The notes: generated from the sequence alone by a model not told the origin. A stretch of 64,000 nucleotides of DNA from Octopus vulgaris (GCA_951406725.2 OX597817.1:12462001-12526000), one strand, 5' to 3'. Counted from the stretch's first letter, positions 25,173 through 38,399 are shown. Made by a program: numbers and translations.

Positions 25173-26137
25173 TATTTATATACACATAAAGATTGATGTT
25201 TGTTACAATGTAAATGCAAACGCCCAAGAAGTATCATTTGTTTCCCATATTGTACAAGAACATGTCCAGCCATTGGCAAATATTACCTCGCTTAGAAACT
25301 GGTAAGGGTCAGTGATTGGAAGCACACCCAGCAGTAGAATATCATCTGCTTCAATAAACTTGATCCAACCCATGCTAGCATGGAAAAGTGGACATTAAAC
25401 AATGATGGTAATATAACAATATATCTTTTAATCCATAATTTGAATGGCTATCTCCAGTTCTAGCACACATAACCTTATATGTATATATCATCATCATCAT
25501 CATCGTTTAACGTCCGCTTTCCATGCTAGCATGGGTTGGACTGGTTCAACTGGGGTCTGGGAAGCCCGAAGGCTGCACCAGGCCAGTCAGATCTGGCAGT
25601 GTTTCTACAGCTGGATGCCCTTCTTAACGCCAACCACTCCGAGAGTGTAGTGGGTGCTTTTTACGTGCCACCGACACAGGTGCCAGTCGAGGCTGACAAC
25701 AGCCACATTCAGATGGTTCTCTTTCGTGCCACCAGCACTGGTATCACAACTACAAATTCCATATATATATGTTTTTTTGTTTTTTGTTTTTTGTTTTTCC
25801 AGTTTCAGCTCTTGAGCTGTGGCCATGCTGGGGCACCGCCATTGTGGTGAAAGAGTACAGCAGGGATCACCACCCCCTGCCGGAGCCTCGTAGAGCTTTT
25901 AGGTGTTTTCGCTCAATAAACACACACAGCGCCCGGTCTGAGAATCGAAACCGCGATCCTGCGACCGCGAGTCCGCTGCCCTAACCACTAGGCCATTGCG
26001 CCTCTACTATACATATATATATTTATATGCGCCTATATACATATATATATTTATATATTGGTAAAACAGTAAGATAACAAAAGAAAGAAAGAGACCTCAA
26101 TATTATGTAAATAGAGGAAATTTATCTATACAATAAT

Positions 26138-26285
26138 ATGTTACATTACTCAATAGTCAAGATAAAACTCTGAGTTTCAGATGCCGAAGTGGGAATCCAT
26201 GACATCTCTGGGAAGAGATGTCGTGGATTCCCACTTCGGCATCTGAAACTCAGAGTTTTATCTTGACTATCAAATAATGTAACAT
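26138..26285. repeat. 72-bp-arm hairpin with 4-nt loop
   Basis: Arms 26138-26209 and 26214-26285, loop ggga; inner 57 bp perfect apart from one G-U. Confidence 0.95.
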
Positions 26286-26440
26286 CATCATCATCATCAT
26301 CATCATTTAACGTCCGCTTTCCATGCTAGCATGGGTTGGATGGTTCAACTGGGGTCTGGGAAGCCCGAAGGCTGCACCAGGCCAGTCAGATGTGGCAGTG
26401 TTTCTACAGCTGGATGCCCTTCCTAACGCCCTAACATATT

Positions 26441-26484
<44 letters not shown>

Positions 26485-27140
26485 GACCTTAAAACATTAG
26501 GCCTTCTAGTTTGTCAGCCCTGGTCAAACTGTCCAGCCCATACCAGCATGGACAACAGATGCTAAATGATGATGATGAAGTAACAAAATGACTCAAGGTC
26601 CAAGAATTCCATGCCTTGACATTTATCAAAGTGCCAACACAAGCAAAACTCTCAGAACTTGAGTCTCAAAATACCAATGCACAAAACAGCCAGCCCTTGA
26701 GTTGTAGCTTGCTAACCAACCACATGGTTCCGGGTTCAGTCCCACTGCATGGCATCTTGGGCAAGTGTCTTCTGCTATTGCCTCAGGCCGACCAATGCCT
26801 TGTGAGTGGATTTGGTAGACGGAAACTGAAAGAAGCCTGTCGTATATATGTATATATATGTCTGTGTGTGTGTGTGTTTGTATGTCTGTTTGTCCCCCTA
26901 GCATTGCTTGACAACCGATGCTGGTGTGTTTACGTCCCCGTCACTTAGCGGTTCGGCAAAAGAGACCGATAGAATAAGTACTGGACTTACAAAAGAATAA
27001 GTCCCGGGGCAATGTCGATGTGATGAAGGGAGTAAGCTTACGCACAGCACAAACATTAGATCACTAGAAAAAAAAACCCGTCTATGCAGGTTGCTCAGCA
27101 AACCGGTGGCTCATTTGCCATATATGTATATAAATAATTA

Positions 27141-27497
27141 ACTTAGGTCTGCCCAGGACTTGGTGTTTGCTTTTTCCGTGGGTATGAGTAAGTATTTCAC
27201 TTATATCTCGCGTATTTGCCGCTGAAGAGGGGAAAATTTCTTATGAATTAACCCCGAAATTGGACCAATATGGTAATAACAAATTTTTTAGAAATTTCTA
27301 TCAGTTTGTTTTGAGACGCATAAATTATAATGGTTATTGACAATTTTTGTCTTTTTTTCGGCATATTTGGCATTAGAATTTTTCTTTTGCCCTTATCTTG
27401 TAAATTATTTATAAATTTAACCTTTAAAGGTATTTTTTGATATGCTGGCCATTGATAAAATTTTTTTCCCGAAAAAAATTTTATCCTACATTAGTTA
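27141..27497 (+). mobile_element. Short non-coding hammerhead-bearing insertion
   Basis: Flanked by the 14-bp direct repeat tatataaataatta (27127-27140, 27498-27511); contains the hammerhead at 27213-27278. Confidence 0.6.
27213..27278 (+). ncRNA. Type I hammerhead ribozyme motif
   Basis: Stem I tatttgccg/tggtaata; CTGAAGA 27222-27228; stem II GGGG...CCCC; GAAA 27256-27259; stem III a-ttgg-a-ccaa-t; cleavage triplet AUA. Confidence 0.72.
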
Positions 27498-28067
27498 TAT
27501 ATAAATAATTAGATAGGAGGTTACGTGTGTGCATACATAGTTGAATTTACTTATTCATCACGACATATTTACAATAATAAATTCGATTGTTAACTTGTGC
27601 CAACACTATGAATGTCTGTTTGCAGACTAGTGATTTTTTTGTGCACCTTTAATTATACATAACATTGTTAATACCACAAATTACCCGAAGATTCACTTCA
27701 TCACATAAACCTTAGTGTCCAAAAACCATAAGAATTTACACACTGGGACATATCTTACAGCAAGTCTACTTAACAAATATTCTGCGGAATATCATCATCA
27801 TCATCATCATCATCATCGTTTAACGTCCGTTCTCCATGCTAGCATGGGTTGGATGGTTCGACCGGGGATCTGGGAAGCCAGAAGGCTGCACCAGGCTCCA
27901 GTCTTATCTGGCAATGTTTCTACAGCTGGATGCCCTTCCTAACGCCAACCACTCCGTGAGTGTAGTGGGTGCTTTTTACGTGCCACCTGCACAGGTGCCA
28001 GGCGAGGCTGGCAATGCCCACGGTCGGATTGGTGCATTTTACGTGCCACCGGCACGGAAGCCAGTCG

Positions 28068-28102
<35 letters not shown>

Positions 28103-28103
28103 G

Positions 28104-28141
<38 letters not shown>

Positions 28142-28190
28142 GATAAAAGAATTAATTTATTTATTTATTAGTATTATTATTATCATTATT

Positions 28191-28221
<31 letters not shown>

Positions 28222-28252
28222 TTATTATTATTATCATTATTATTATTATTAA

Positions 28253-28305
<53 letters not shown>

Positions 28306-28707
28306 TAGTGCATGCTAAATTAGTTAGCAGGTAATTTTATCTTGAGGCTTTGTGACAAATTTCCTCAAATCTTAAGAATATTTCTTAGGATTGTTACAGA
28401 ATATATGATGCTACTTTTCTGCAGGCCGACAATGCGAGTTTCAATTCCAATTTCTTTCAGTCTTTTAGGTAGCATTTTGGATCTTGTGCCAAGTTTACCA
28501 CAGGAATAATTGTTGTCTTGGTCTCTCACAGTCTCCTCAGCTCTCTGGCTAGATCCAGGTAATGATATACTAAAATTACAATAATTCAGGACAATTATAA
28601 CTACCTCTCCTCACAAAATTCTCAACACTTCTGGAATGTACTTCGTAACTTGTGGAACTTTGAGAGTTAAAAAGAATTAAATTAATTAAGTATATTCTTT
28701 TGACGAA

Positions 28708-29251
28708 AGAGGTAGACCCAAGAAAACCTGGGACAAGGTGGTGAAGCACGACCTTCAAACTTTAGGTCTCACTGAGGAAATGACTAGAGACCGAGACCTA
28801 TGGAAGTATGCTGTGCATGAGAAGACTCGGCAGGACAAGTGAGGCCATAATCCCGTGGCCTACACCTGGGATGTAGCCAGCCCACTTATGCATTCCTTTC
28901 CTTCTTGGGACACAAAACTCCACTTGTAAAGACCTGTTGAGGCAAGTGAAAATCAAAATCGTAATCTATCAACATCAATGGAATTTGTAGCTGTGATACC
29001 AGTGCCGGTGGCACGTAAGAGAACCATCAGAACGTAGCCGTAGCCAGCGCCGCCGACTGGCCTCCGTGCCGATAGCACGTAAAAAGCACCCACTACACTC
29101 ACGGAGTGGTTGGCGTTAGGAAGGGCATCCAGCTGTAGAAACACTGCCAGATCAGACTGGAGCCTGGTGCAGCCTACTGGCTTCCCAGACCCCAGTTGAA
29201 CCGTCCAACCCATGCCAGCATGGAAAGCGGACGTTAAATGATGATGATGAT
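28708..29251 (+). mobile_element. 5'-truncated RTE-clade LINE
   Basis: RGRPKKTWDKVVKHDLQTLGLTEEMTRDRDLWKYAVHEKTRQDK*, same 3' UTR, ends ggacgttaaatgatgatgatga. Confidence 0.85.
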
Positions 29252-29930
29252 TCTTTTGACATTAAAACTAATTCGCAAATTTCCTTCTCTAATTAAGCAA
29301 ATCAAATTATTCGTGTCAATAACCTTTACGCAGTCATTATCATTTGAGATGGGTGATCTTTGTGATATTTAATTACATCCCATTGGTCTCAAATTTTAAA
29401 TCCCATCCAAGTTAACTCTGTTGTTCATCCTTCTGGAGTCAATAGAATAAAGTACCAGTGAAGAATTGGAGTCAATAAACTTGTGCTTCTATACAAAAAA
29501 AAATTAATGTTATTTACAAGATCTCTAATCCCATGTGATTTCAACTATTCTCATAAATTTTTTTAATTACATATATCTATGGGTCAATATGTTTTTTCTC
29601 CAAAGCAATTAGGCTTTCATCTATCTTTTTGTTTGCAGATCTCTGTCTCTTTTTCTTCTCATTTTCACCCTTCCCAACCAGATGTGCGTTTGTCCGAAAT
29701 TCTTTCCATCACGTATTTCCATACATACATTGATACATGCTCTATTTAATCATTGACTTGTTAATTAATTCGTTATTCACACAGCAATTAATTTATAATA
29801 TTCATTTCTGTATAATTACCATTTTGTTTACATTCAGCTTGTCATTAACGTGCTTAGCTTTATCGTTGGATTGATTATCTATTTAAATTCATTTATTTTG
29901 TATTTGGTTTAATTAATGATCAACTGAATG

Positions 29931-30237
29931 TAGTATATTTGTCATTTAAATGTCATTAACCCCTAAGGGTGGATGCTACTGTAGCTTGTAGCCCCAGGAG
30001 GACACCTCCTCCAGCTGGCTATTGACACACTTTCTGTTCCCTATCAGTATTTGCAAAGGGAAGCCATCCTTCCCGTCTTCAACCTATGATACACACGGAC
30101 TCGAGTTTCTGGGTATTGACCCGTCATCAGCGTGTGACAATCACAGTTGTCGATGAAGAGTAGGCCTCAGTGACTTTTAGTCACTGGAAAAAGGATATAT
30201 TTGCAAAGGGAGGCCTACTTTTCATCGAGATTTATTA
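29931..30237 (-). mobile_element. Hammerhead-bearing short element with 5' inversion
   Basis: 10-bp TSD caactgaatg (29921-29930, 30238-30247). 29931-30167 is the reverse complement of the body of 34233-34516, while 30168-30229 matches its 5' end in forward orientation. Confidence 0.75.
30088..30142 (-). ncRNA. Minimal type I hammerhead ribozyme motif (GUC site)
   Basis: Minus strand reads cacacg CTGATGA c gggt caat accc a GAAA ctcgag TC cgtgtg; palindromic stem III ACTCGAGT. Confidence 0.75.
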
Positions 30238-31049
30238 CAACTGAATGCATATATTTACTAAAGCACCAATAATGTTGGACCTGTTCATTGCGTTTGTGAG
30301 CTTTCTTTGGACAACACTTTTTGATGTTTTTCTTTCTAAAGATTACAAAGATTTTTTTGCTGCAGCCCATGGATATTTTCACAGTGACGTGACATATATT
30401 TTATATTGCTGAGAATAAGATGTTCTATACAAGACAAAATAACTGTGGTGGTGGGAGCATGTGATGTGTGTAAACAGGGCAGCTGTACATAGTAGTACTG
30501 TGCAAAGGGTTAGAAATTAGAGATGAGCAAAGAAAAGAGAAAGGAACGGGTACCTATATGCAAGTATTGGGGTATAACAATATCTGGAAGTGAGAATAAG
30601 GAGAATCGCCTGTATTTATCTTAGTGTAGTCTATATATGTGAGTGTACCGGTTCGTGGCTTAATGGTTAGGTTGTTGAACTCATGGTTATAAGATTTTGA
30701 TTTCCATTGCTAGACTGAGCAATGCATTGTGTTCATGAGCAAACCACCTCATTTCATGTCGTTGCAGTTCACTCGGCTAACAATAAAAACCATGTAGTGT
30801 CCCGCCCAAATGGGAAATATATACACCAGAGAAACCGGGAAACTGGATTTTTGAGTGTATATGACTTGGGAAGGAGCTTTATCCTTCTCTTTTTTTTTAG
30901 CATTATTTATGTGTGTACAGATGGGAAAGTACCGTAATGTAACGAACCCTTACCCAAACTCTAATCCTAATTGGAGTATGGAAGGATTTTCTGTGTGTAA
31001 TCGTTAAGTGGATGGTATAAGAAAGCATTACATACATACATACACATAT

Positions 31050-31330
31050 ACATACATACATACATACATGCATATGTACGTACGTTTACATCCAAACATA
31101 TATACGTACATATGTATACATCCATACATATGTACGTAACTATACATTTGTACGTACGTATGCATGTGTGCGCACGTACGTACGTTTACATCCAAACATA
31201 CATACATACATATGTACATATGTATACATACGTACGTACGTATGCATGTGTGCGCACGTACGTACATTTACATCCAAACATATATACGTACATATGTATA
31301 CATCCATACTTACGTACGTATGCATCCATA
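31050..31330. repeat. Compound (TACG/TACA) low-complexity minisatellite
   Basis: tacgtacgtttacatccaaacata recurs three times with 80-120 nt spacing. Confidence 0.75.
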
Positions 31331-31789
31331 TTCTCTAGAAATTCCACATGCGTAGCAGATTGCTTACGGAAGTAGTACTAATATCGCAACAACAGGCTGC
31401 ACTTAACATACAGCATACACAGGTCACAACTGCAAATCTGATGAAGCAAAACACTAAACAATAAGCACTCTGCAAAACACTAAACACTCTGACGGTCAAG
31501 TTGTCGTGGGAAAATCTGTATACATATAAGCTGCCCATAAAAGAAAGGACAGCACAGAAGCCCAAACCATTTCAAATCTTGAAGGTAAGCCTGGAAATGA
31601 TGAAAAATATGAATTTGGGTACTTCATTGTTGTAAATGAGCTCTACGGACCTGATGTGGAGATAAGAGTAATCTTTAATTTAAAAAAATAATTCAATTTA
31701 GAGCATAGCCGTGTTTTCAATATGACATGTTTAAAAGAAAAACTGCTCCCTATATATAATATACATACATACATAAGATTTAAGGTGAA

Positions 31790-33560
31790 AAAGCACAGAA
31801 ACCTTGTTTGTGTAGATAAAGATTATTTAATACATTACAATATGTACAGAGTCGACCGGTTTTACTTTATTAATCATGACTCAATGTTATGAAATCATAA
31901 CAAGTTTTTGATTTAATCTTGCGTAGAAGCAGGTATGATACAGTTTTGCGGCTATACGGGAGAGTATAGTTCAAGGAAGATAATCAGTGAATATAATGTT
32001 CTTTAGACAAAGAGATAATCAGTGGATATATTTCTTAGCTAAGGGGAAGTAAATCTTTTTTCCTTCTTTTCTGGTTGTTGTTTTTTTGTGATGTCCATTA
32101 TATGTCCATGTTAAGTTCTGGTTTGTATTTTTCAATAAATGTAATCGTACTTTATTTAGTCATAGCTGAGTTGAGGTCCTTTCCGTGCATTGGTAAAGTG
32201 TGAATATTGTGAACTGTGGTTGGCCTTCCTTACCACAACTGTCTATATGACCACTGAGCGGCATTGAGGCGAGGGTAGATTTGTTACCTGTGTAGTGTAG
32301 ATCTACGTCTTAGAGACATTCCTGTTGAACCTATATAGTTCCTACTGCAGCAGGAACATGCTATGACGTATATAAAATTTTCAGAGGCGCAAGTGAAGTC
32401 TGTTTTAATTTTAAAATTTTGTCCTTGTTTAAAATGGAATTCTGAGCCTTCTGTTAGGGCGGGATATGTTCCACAGTTCAGTCGTCCACATTTTTAAACA
32501 CTTGCTTCCGTTAATTTCGAGTATAGTTTTGCACTTGTGAGTATCTGCTTTAGTGGTTTTGACTGTTTGTTGCTTTTAATAATTTTATGGGTGGGTAGAA
32601 TTTCATACAGCTTAGGGTCCTTATGTAGTATTGAAAGGTTATATATGCTTCGTTGTTTCTGGAGTTGTATGTGGAAATATAAGGTAATATTTTTAGGGTG
32701 GGTGCGTTGTTCTGTTTGACCTCTCTTAGTATTTGTACATTAATTCTTTTCGCAAGTTTAATTCCATCATCTATAAGCGAAGTTGGGTAGTGTCTGTCGA
32801 CGAGTATATTTTTAAGTTCTTCTAGTCTGAGTTCTCTGGTGTTTTTTCCGACACTATAGTGCAAATTCTTCTCGCTAGATTCAATAGGATTTTTATTCTA
32901 ATATGTCTCTGGTGGCATGAGCTAAATAATAAGCATTGTTTCGAGTCTGCAGTTTCGTAAAATATGTCAGTTTCTATTTTTTATTTACTTTTTTGATTAT
33001 TATATCTAAAAAAGGCAGTTCCTTTTTGTTGTGTTTCATTGCGAATTGTATATTTGTTTTTATGCTACTGAGAAGTCTTTTTAATTCCAAAAGTTTCTCC
33101 ATGTCCTCACTCCACAGAATGAAACGGTCAATGTCTTTTCTGATTTTCCTTTATGTATTGGGAAAGGGCATTTCCGAATTTTGTGAGTGACTCCTGATAT
33201 ACCGTCAATTCCAAATAGCCCACTGTCAAGTTTTCCAAAACGGGGATTGCCTTGGTTTCCATTGCAACTCCAAATTGTCAGTATTCAGTGGTGTCAAACA
33301 TGAACTGATTTTGCTGGAGAATAAAATTTAATGATTCAATTATGAACTCTTTGCTAATGCGTTCCGGTATTTCTTTTGGATATATTTCCAGCTAGAACTG
33401 AATTGCTTCTAATCCATAAATATGAGAGATATTATTATATACAGGTCTACAACTTCAAACTTCAACGGAAACCATACGTTCTTTTTCCTTTCCTCTCTTT
33501 TGGGAGGCGGTTTAACATGTCCAAATCATCTTTAATGTAACTTTTAAAGTTACATAAGAT
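31790..33560 (-). mobile_element. Decayed Penelope-like element (RT + Cys motif + GIY-YIG, Neptune-like)
   Basis: Minus-strand fragments read GVAMETK, ELPFLDI, LRLEELKNILVDRHYP, KCGRLNCGT and FTCASENFIYVIACSCCSRNYIGSTGMSLRRRSTLHR. Confidence 0.8.
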
Positions 33561-34232
33561 TTAATTATATATATATATATATATATACATACATACATAC
33601 ATGTATATGCATATCTGGGTACAGGACGTCACCAACTGTAAACAACATGAAATACGAAAACAAGCGAGTTAAATACAACGAGAAAAAAAACTGAAACAGA
33701 AAAAGTAACACAAAGAACGACCCTTCATCAGTTGTCAGCTGTCTATCTACTCCACATTTCGAGCATTCAACGACAATATGAGTCTTCGAAGACAGTTGCT
33801 CCCATAATTTCCAAAATAAATTTTGGATTTTATGGAGGGTTAAATTTGGAAACAAAAACAGGACACTAGAGACATACAAGGAAACCGAACGAAAACAAAC
33901 ATGGAGGGTCGTTAAACCAGAATGAAGGGAAGGGTAGTGAACGCTGGGAGAAATATTTTCTTTGAAAAGAGAAAAGATAGAAGAGACAGATAGAAGACGC
34001 ACAGTCCTTAGAACGTCCGTGTAGGAAAAGAAAGATGGTCGCGTGAGGGAAAGAAAGATAGGCGATGGTCTCGTGTGAGCAGCGAGAGAGAGAGAAAAAG
34101 AGAAAGAGGGGAGGGAGAGAGAGAGGGAGAGATTTATTATATATATATATGTATATATATTATAAATCTAATAATCTACTGTTTATACTTCGCTCAGATA
34201 TTTATTATTGTTTGTTTACACTTTTTCGATAT

Positions 34233-34516
34233 CAGTGACTTTTCGTCACTGGAAAAAGGATATATTTGCAAAGGGAACCCACTTTTCATCGGCAATCGAT
34301 GATTGACACACGCTGATGACGGGTCAATACCCAGAAACTCGAGTTCGTGTGTATCATGTCAGATTGAAGATGGGAAGGATGGCTTCCATTTGCAAATGTT
34401 GATAGGGCACAGAAAGTGTGTCAATAGCCAGCTGGAGGAGGTGTGCTCCTGGGGTTACAAGCTACAGTAGCATCCACCCTTAAGGGCTAGCGACATTTAA
34501 GTGGCAAATATACTTC
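34233..34516 (+). mobile_element. ~285-nt hammerhead-bearing short element (retrozyme- or PLE-LTR-like)
   Basis: Colinear second copy of the 29.9-30.2 kb element; starts with hairpin cagtgac-tttt(c)-gtcactg; lies between (TA)n tracts. Confidence 0.7.
34301..34355 (+). ncRNA. Minimal type I hammerhead ribozyme motif (GUU site)
   Basis: acacacg CTGATGA c gggt caat accc a GAAA ctcgag TT cgtgtgt; same family as 30088-30142. Confidence 0.72.
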
Positions 34517-34561
34517 ACGACATTATATATATATATATATGTATGTGTGTATGTGTGTTTG

Positions 34562-34609
<48 letters not shown>

Positions 34610-34841
34610 ATTCAATAAACAAACAATGAAGAAAAAAATGAAGCAAAAAAGACGAACGTATGGATGTGTTAAAGAATTATATTAGTTTGACGCTTAGTGA
34701 AAGGAGAGAGTTTTTCAACGTTTCGAGCATGGCTTTTCGTTTGAAACGAAAAAGGGAAACGTCCAAAGAAGAAGTAAAATCGCCAACGACCCACATATGT
34801 GGTACGTGTTTATGACGAAATAGCTTACCTATGTGAGTTGC

Positions 34842-34885
<44 letters not shown>

Positions 34886-35075
34886 ACTATAATTTTAAAG
34901 TGAGAATGCCTGCTCGCGACTTCAATGATATCTAAAACAATTAATAAAAGATTGACTATAATTTTAAATCGAATGTATTTCAATTGAATTTAAACTTAAT
35001 TGTAATTCGAATTTAATTGTAGCCATGAAACGTACGTAGTTTTTTTTACTTATATTGAGATTTAGTTATAAGTTA

Positions 35076-35980
35076 TCTCTATATATAAAACTGAAATGCG
35101 TTTTTACCGCTTGGATCGCTTTCAATGCCACTACATCCCGTCCGATTCGCTCCAAAATTTACAGGGACATGTAGAATGAGGTGACGATGCCCGTGGGCTA
35201 CCTTAGAAATCCATATCTTAAAAGGTGTGGTTGCTAGAGGCCATCTTCCTCACTCACGCTATTTCCTCCATTACCCTCTCACTCCTCTTCATGTATAACT
35301 TTGATAATTCCACTACCGTTATTTAAAGTATCTTTCACTCTCGCTATTTCCTCTCTTTTTCACTCACTCTGTTTCCTACCTTCCCATCAGTTCGGCGTTC
35401 TTTTATGTATCTGTCTGTCACCAACAACATACGAGCATGAGAAAAAATATTATGAATCAGATATTCTTGCGTTCATTTATATGTATGTGTGTGTATGTGT
35501 GTTCTATATATAAATATGTATATATAATGTATATGTGTGTGTGTGTGTTCTATATATAAATATGTATATATAATGTATGTGTGTGTTCTATATATAAATA
35601 TGTATATATAATGTATGTGTGTGTGTGTTCTATATATAAATATGTATATATAATGTATATTTACAAAGTGTATATATCTGTATTTATGCATATTAAACTT
35701 TTTCATACTTTTTCATAGTTATATATATTTTTAAACAAATTATAAATATAATTTAATAATTTTTATTTTCAATTTAAATAATTTAAATTTTTCAATTTTA
35801 TATTTTATATATTTTCTATATTATATTTTTTTTAATGTTTTTGTTTTTCGTTTTTCACTGTTTGATTTGCCTATTAGTGGTTTTATCTCTAATTTAATTT
35901 ATACAGATATATATCTCATTTGTATACATTTGTATATATAATGCGTGCACACACACACGCACACACACACATATATATAT

Positions 35981-36013
<33 letters not shown>

Positions 36014-37207
36014 ATGTGTGCATTACGTAGTCGGTCGATTCAGCTGAAAATATGCACACCTATGTTAAAAGTGCTGGCAAGTTTGCATGACAACTATTTT
36101 TTTCCTCAAATGAAAGGCGTCACCTCTAGGACAAAATTCCTCATCTTATAAAATGTGGCCCCAGTAGACCCGAATGAAATCGGGTTATATTAACCAAAAT
36201 GTGAAAAGGGGTCTAAATGGGGCTGGAAGGGGATTAAAATTTAAAGGAGCGGGTGTTTAGCAATTCTCTGTTACATCAAGCTAAAAAATTTGCGCCAGCC
36301 TTTTAATCGTCAATGTGTTGCCGTCCATGATAAAGAAGTTTTGAATGCTTGCCATGGTGAGTCTACTGTCGTGAGAAAGAATCACTTTAAAACTTGGTGT
36401 TTACGAATTTTCTTTTACATCAAGTTCAAAATTTTACGCCAGCCGTTAAACTGTCAATACGTTGCTGTCCGTCGTTAAGAAATGCCAGCCATGGTGACTC
36501 TACTATCCTCAGATTCTATCCCTTCAAACTTTGGTTTCCAATATTTAATTATTATTATTCAGCTCGCAAGTTCGTCTGTCCCTTTTAAATGTTAGCGTTT
36601 TTCTGTCTACCTTGAAGCAGACCTTTCCGTTGCCACTGCCTGATATTTATGATTGATCTTTCTAAATATTTTATTTCTCAACTTACTCAAGATCTTCTGT
36701 TGTTTATAAATGGGAGAGAGATAGATAAAGATAGAGAGTAAGAGAAAGCGAGGGAGAGTCCGAGAGAAAAGAAAAGTAAGAGAGTGGGAAAGTGAGAGAG
36801 AAAGGAGAGAGAAACAGAGACGGAGAATCATCATCATCATCATCATCGTTTAACGTCCGTTTTCCGTGGTAGCACGGGTTGGACAGTGTGACCGGGGTCT
36901 GGGAAGCCAGGAGGCTGCCCCAGGCTCCAGTCTGATCTGGCAGTGTTTCTACAGGTGGATGACCTTCCTAACGCCAACCACTCTGTGAGTGTAGTGGGTG
37001 CTTTTTTCGTGCCGCCGGCACATGTGCCAGGGAGGCTCGCAGTGGCAAAGATCGGTTGGTGCTTTTTACGTGCCACCGGCACAGAAGCAAGTCAAGGCGG
37101 CGCTGCAATCGGCCACGTTCGGATGGTGCTTTTTACGTGCTGAAAGGAAGCAACAGAAAGTAACAACCACACTCTTACCCGCGCGTAGAGCGGGTCACCT
37201 TCAGCAG

Positions 37208-37211
<4 letters not shown>
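35076..37211 (+). mobile_element. Helitron-like element with nested minisatellite and RTE UTR
   Basis: A|TCtctatatataaaa start; hairpin cccgcgcgtagagcggg then CTAA|T. The pairing of these two ends is inferred. Confidence 0.5.
35480..35660. repeat. ~42-48-bp minisatellite x4
   Basis: gtgtgttctatatataaatatgtatatataatgtat repeated with variable (GT)n. Confidence 0.85.
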
Positions 37212-37254
<43 letters not shown>

Positions 37255-37410
37255 TGTTATTTATGTTTTGGTTTATGTTTATTACTGTTTGAGTTGCATA
37301 ATAGTGGTTTTATCTCTAATTTGTATTATATATATATATGTATGTATATGTGTTTGTTGTGTGTGTGTATGCTCGCACGCGCGCGCGTACGTGTGGCTTC
37401 TCATGTGTGT

Positions 37411-37449
<39 letters not shown>

Positions 37450-38399
37450 TGTGTGTGCGTGCGTGCGTGTGTGTGTGTAAAGGTGCGTAGTATAGTTGTT
37501 GAGCTCGCGATCATATGAAACATGAGTTCGTTGTCTGGACCGGCGGCGAATTTCATTCGATTTTGGTGGAAAGGAGTACCAGCTGTTTGTTCAACCTTCT
37601 TTCCCACCATCTGTCACATTGGCAATCTTCTACTGGGTCGAAGTGAGAATGCCGAGAGGGTGGTTGTGCCTGTTCGCGACTTCGATGACATCTAAAACAA
37701 TTAATAAAAGTATGGTGCATATTACTAAGCTCGCGTATGACGAATAAACTGTGTTGTATTATATATTCATGTGTCCGGCAAGCTGGCAGAAACGTTAGCA
37801 CGCCGGGCGAAATGCGCAGCCGTATTTCGTTGTCGTTACGTTCCGAGTTCAAATTCCGCCGAGGTCGACTTTGCCTTTCATCCTTTCGGGGTCGATAAAT
37901 TAAGTACCAGTTACGCACTGGCGTCGATGTAATCGACTTAATACCTATGTTTGTCCTTGTTTGTCCCATCTGTGTTTAGCCCCTTGTGGGTAGTAAAGAA
38001 ATAGGTATTTCGTCTGCCGTTACGTTCTGAGTTCAAATTCCGCCGAGGTCGACTTTGCCTTTCATCCTTTCGGGGTCGATAAATTAAGTACCAGTTACGC
38101 ACTGGCGTCGATGTAGTCGACTTAATCCCTTTGTCTGTCCTTGTTTGTCCCCTCCGTGTTTAGCCCCTTGGGGGTAGTAAAGAAATATATTCATGTGTCC
38201 GCTGGTGTGTCTACATTGCAATGCCTAAAAACACAAGAATACATACATGGGCGCGGGCATGTGTTTGTGAGTAAGAAGCTTGCTTCCCAACTTCGTGATC
38301 TTGAGTTCAGTCTCACTGTGCGGCGCCTTTAGCAACTGTCTTCTACTGCAGTCCTGGGTCGACCAAAGTTTTGTGAATGAATACGGTAGACGGAAACTC

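Noticed and set aside
31845-31930. Hammerhead at the 3' end of the minus-strand PLE (aaaaccggtc)
   Set aside because: A palindromic ACCGGT-C is present, but both core boxes are degenerate.
33600-33770. CTGATGA on the minus strand near 33724-33730 as a hammerhead
   Set aside because: No downstream GAAA/stem III in the correct register could be fitted; at best a decayed remnant.
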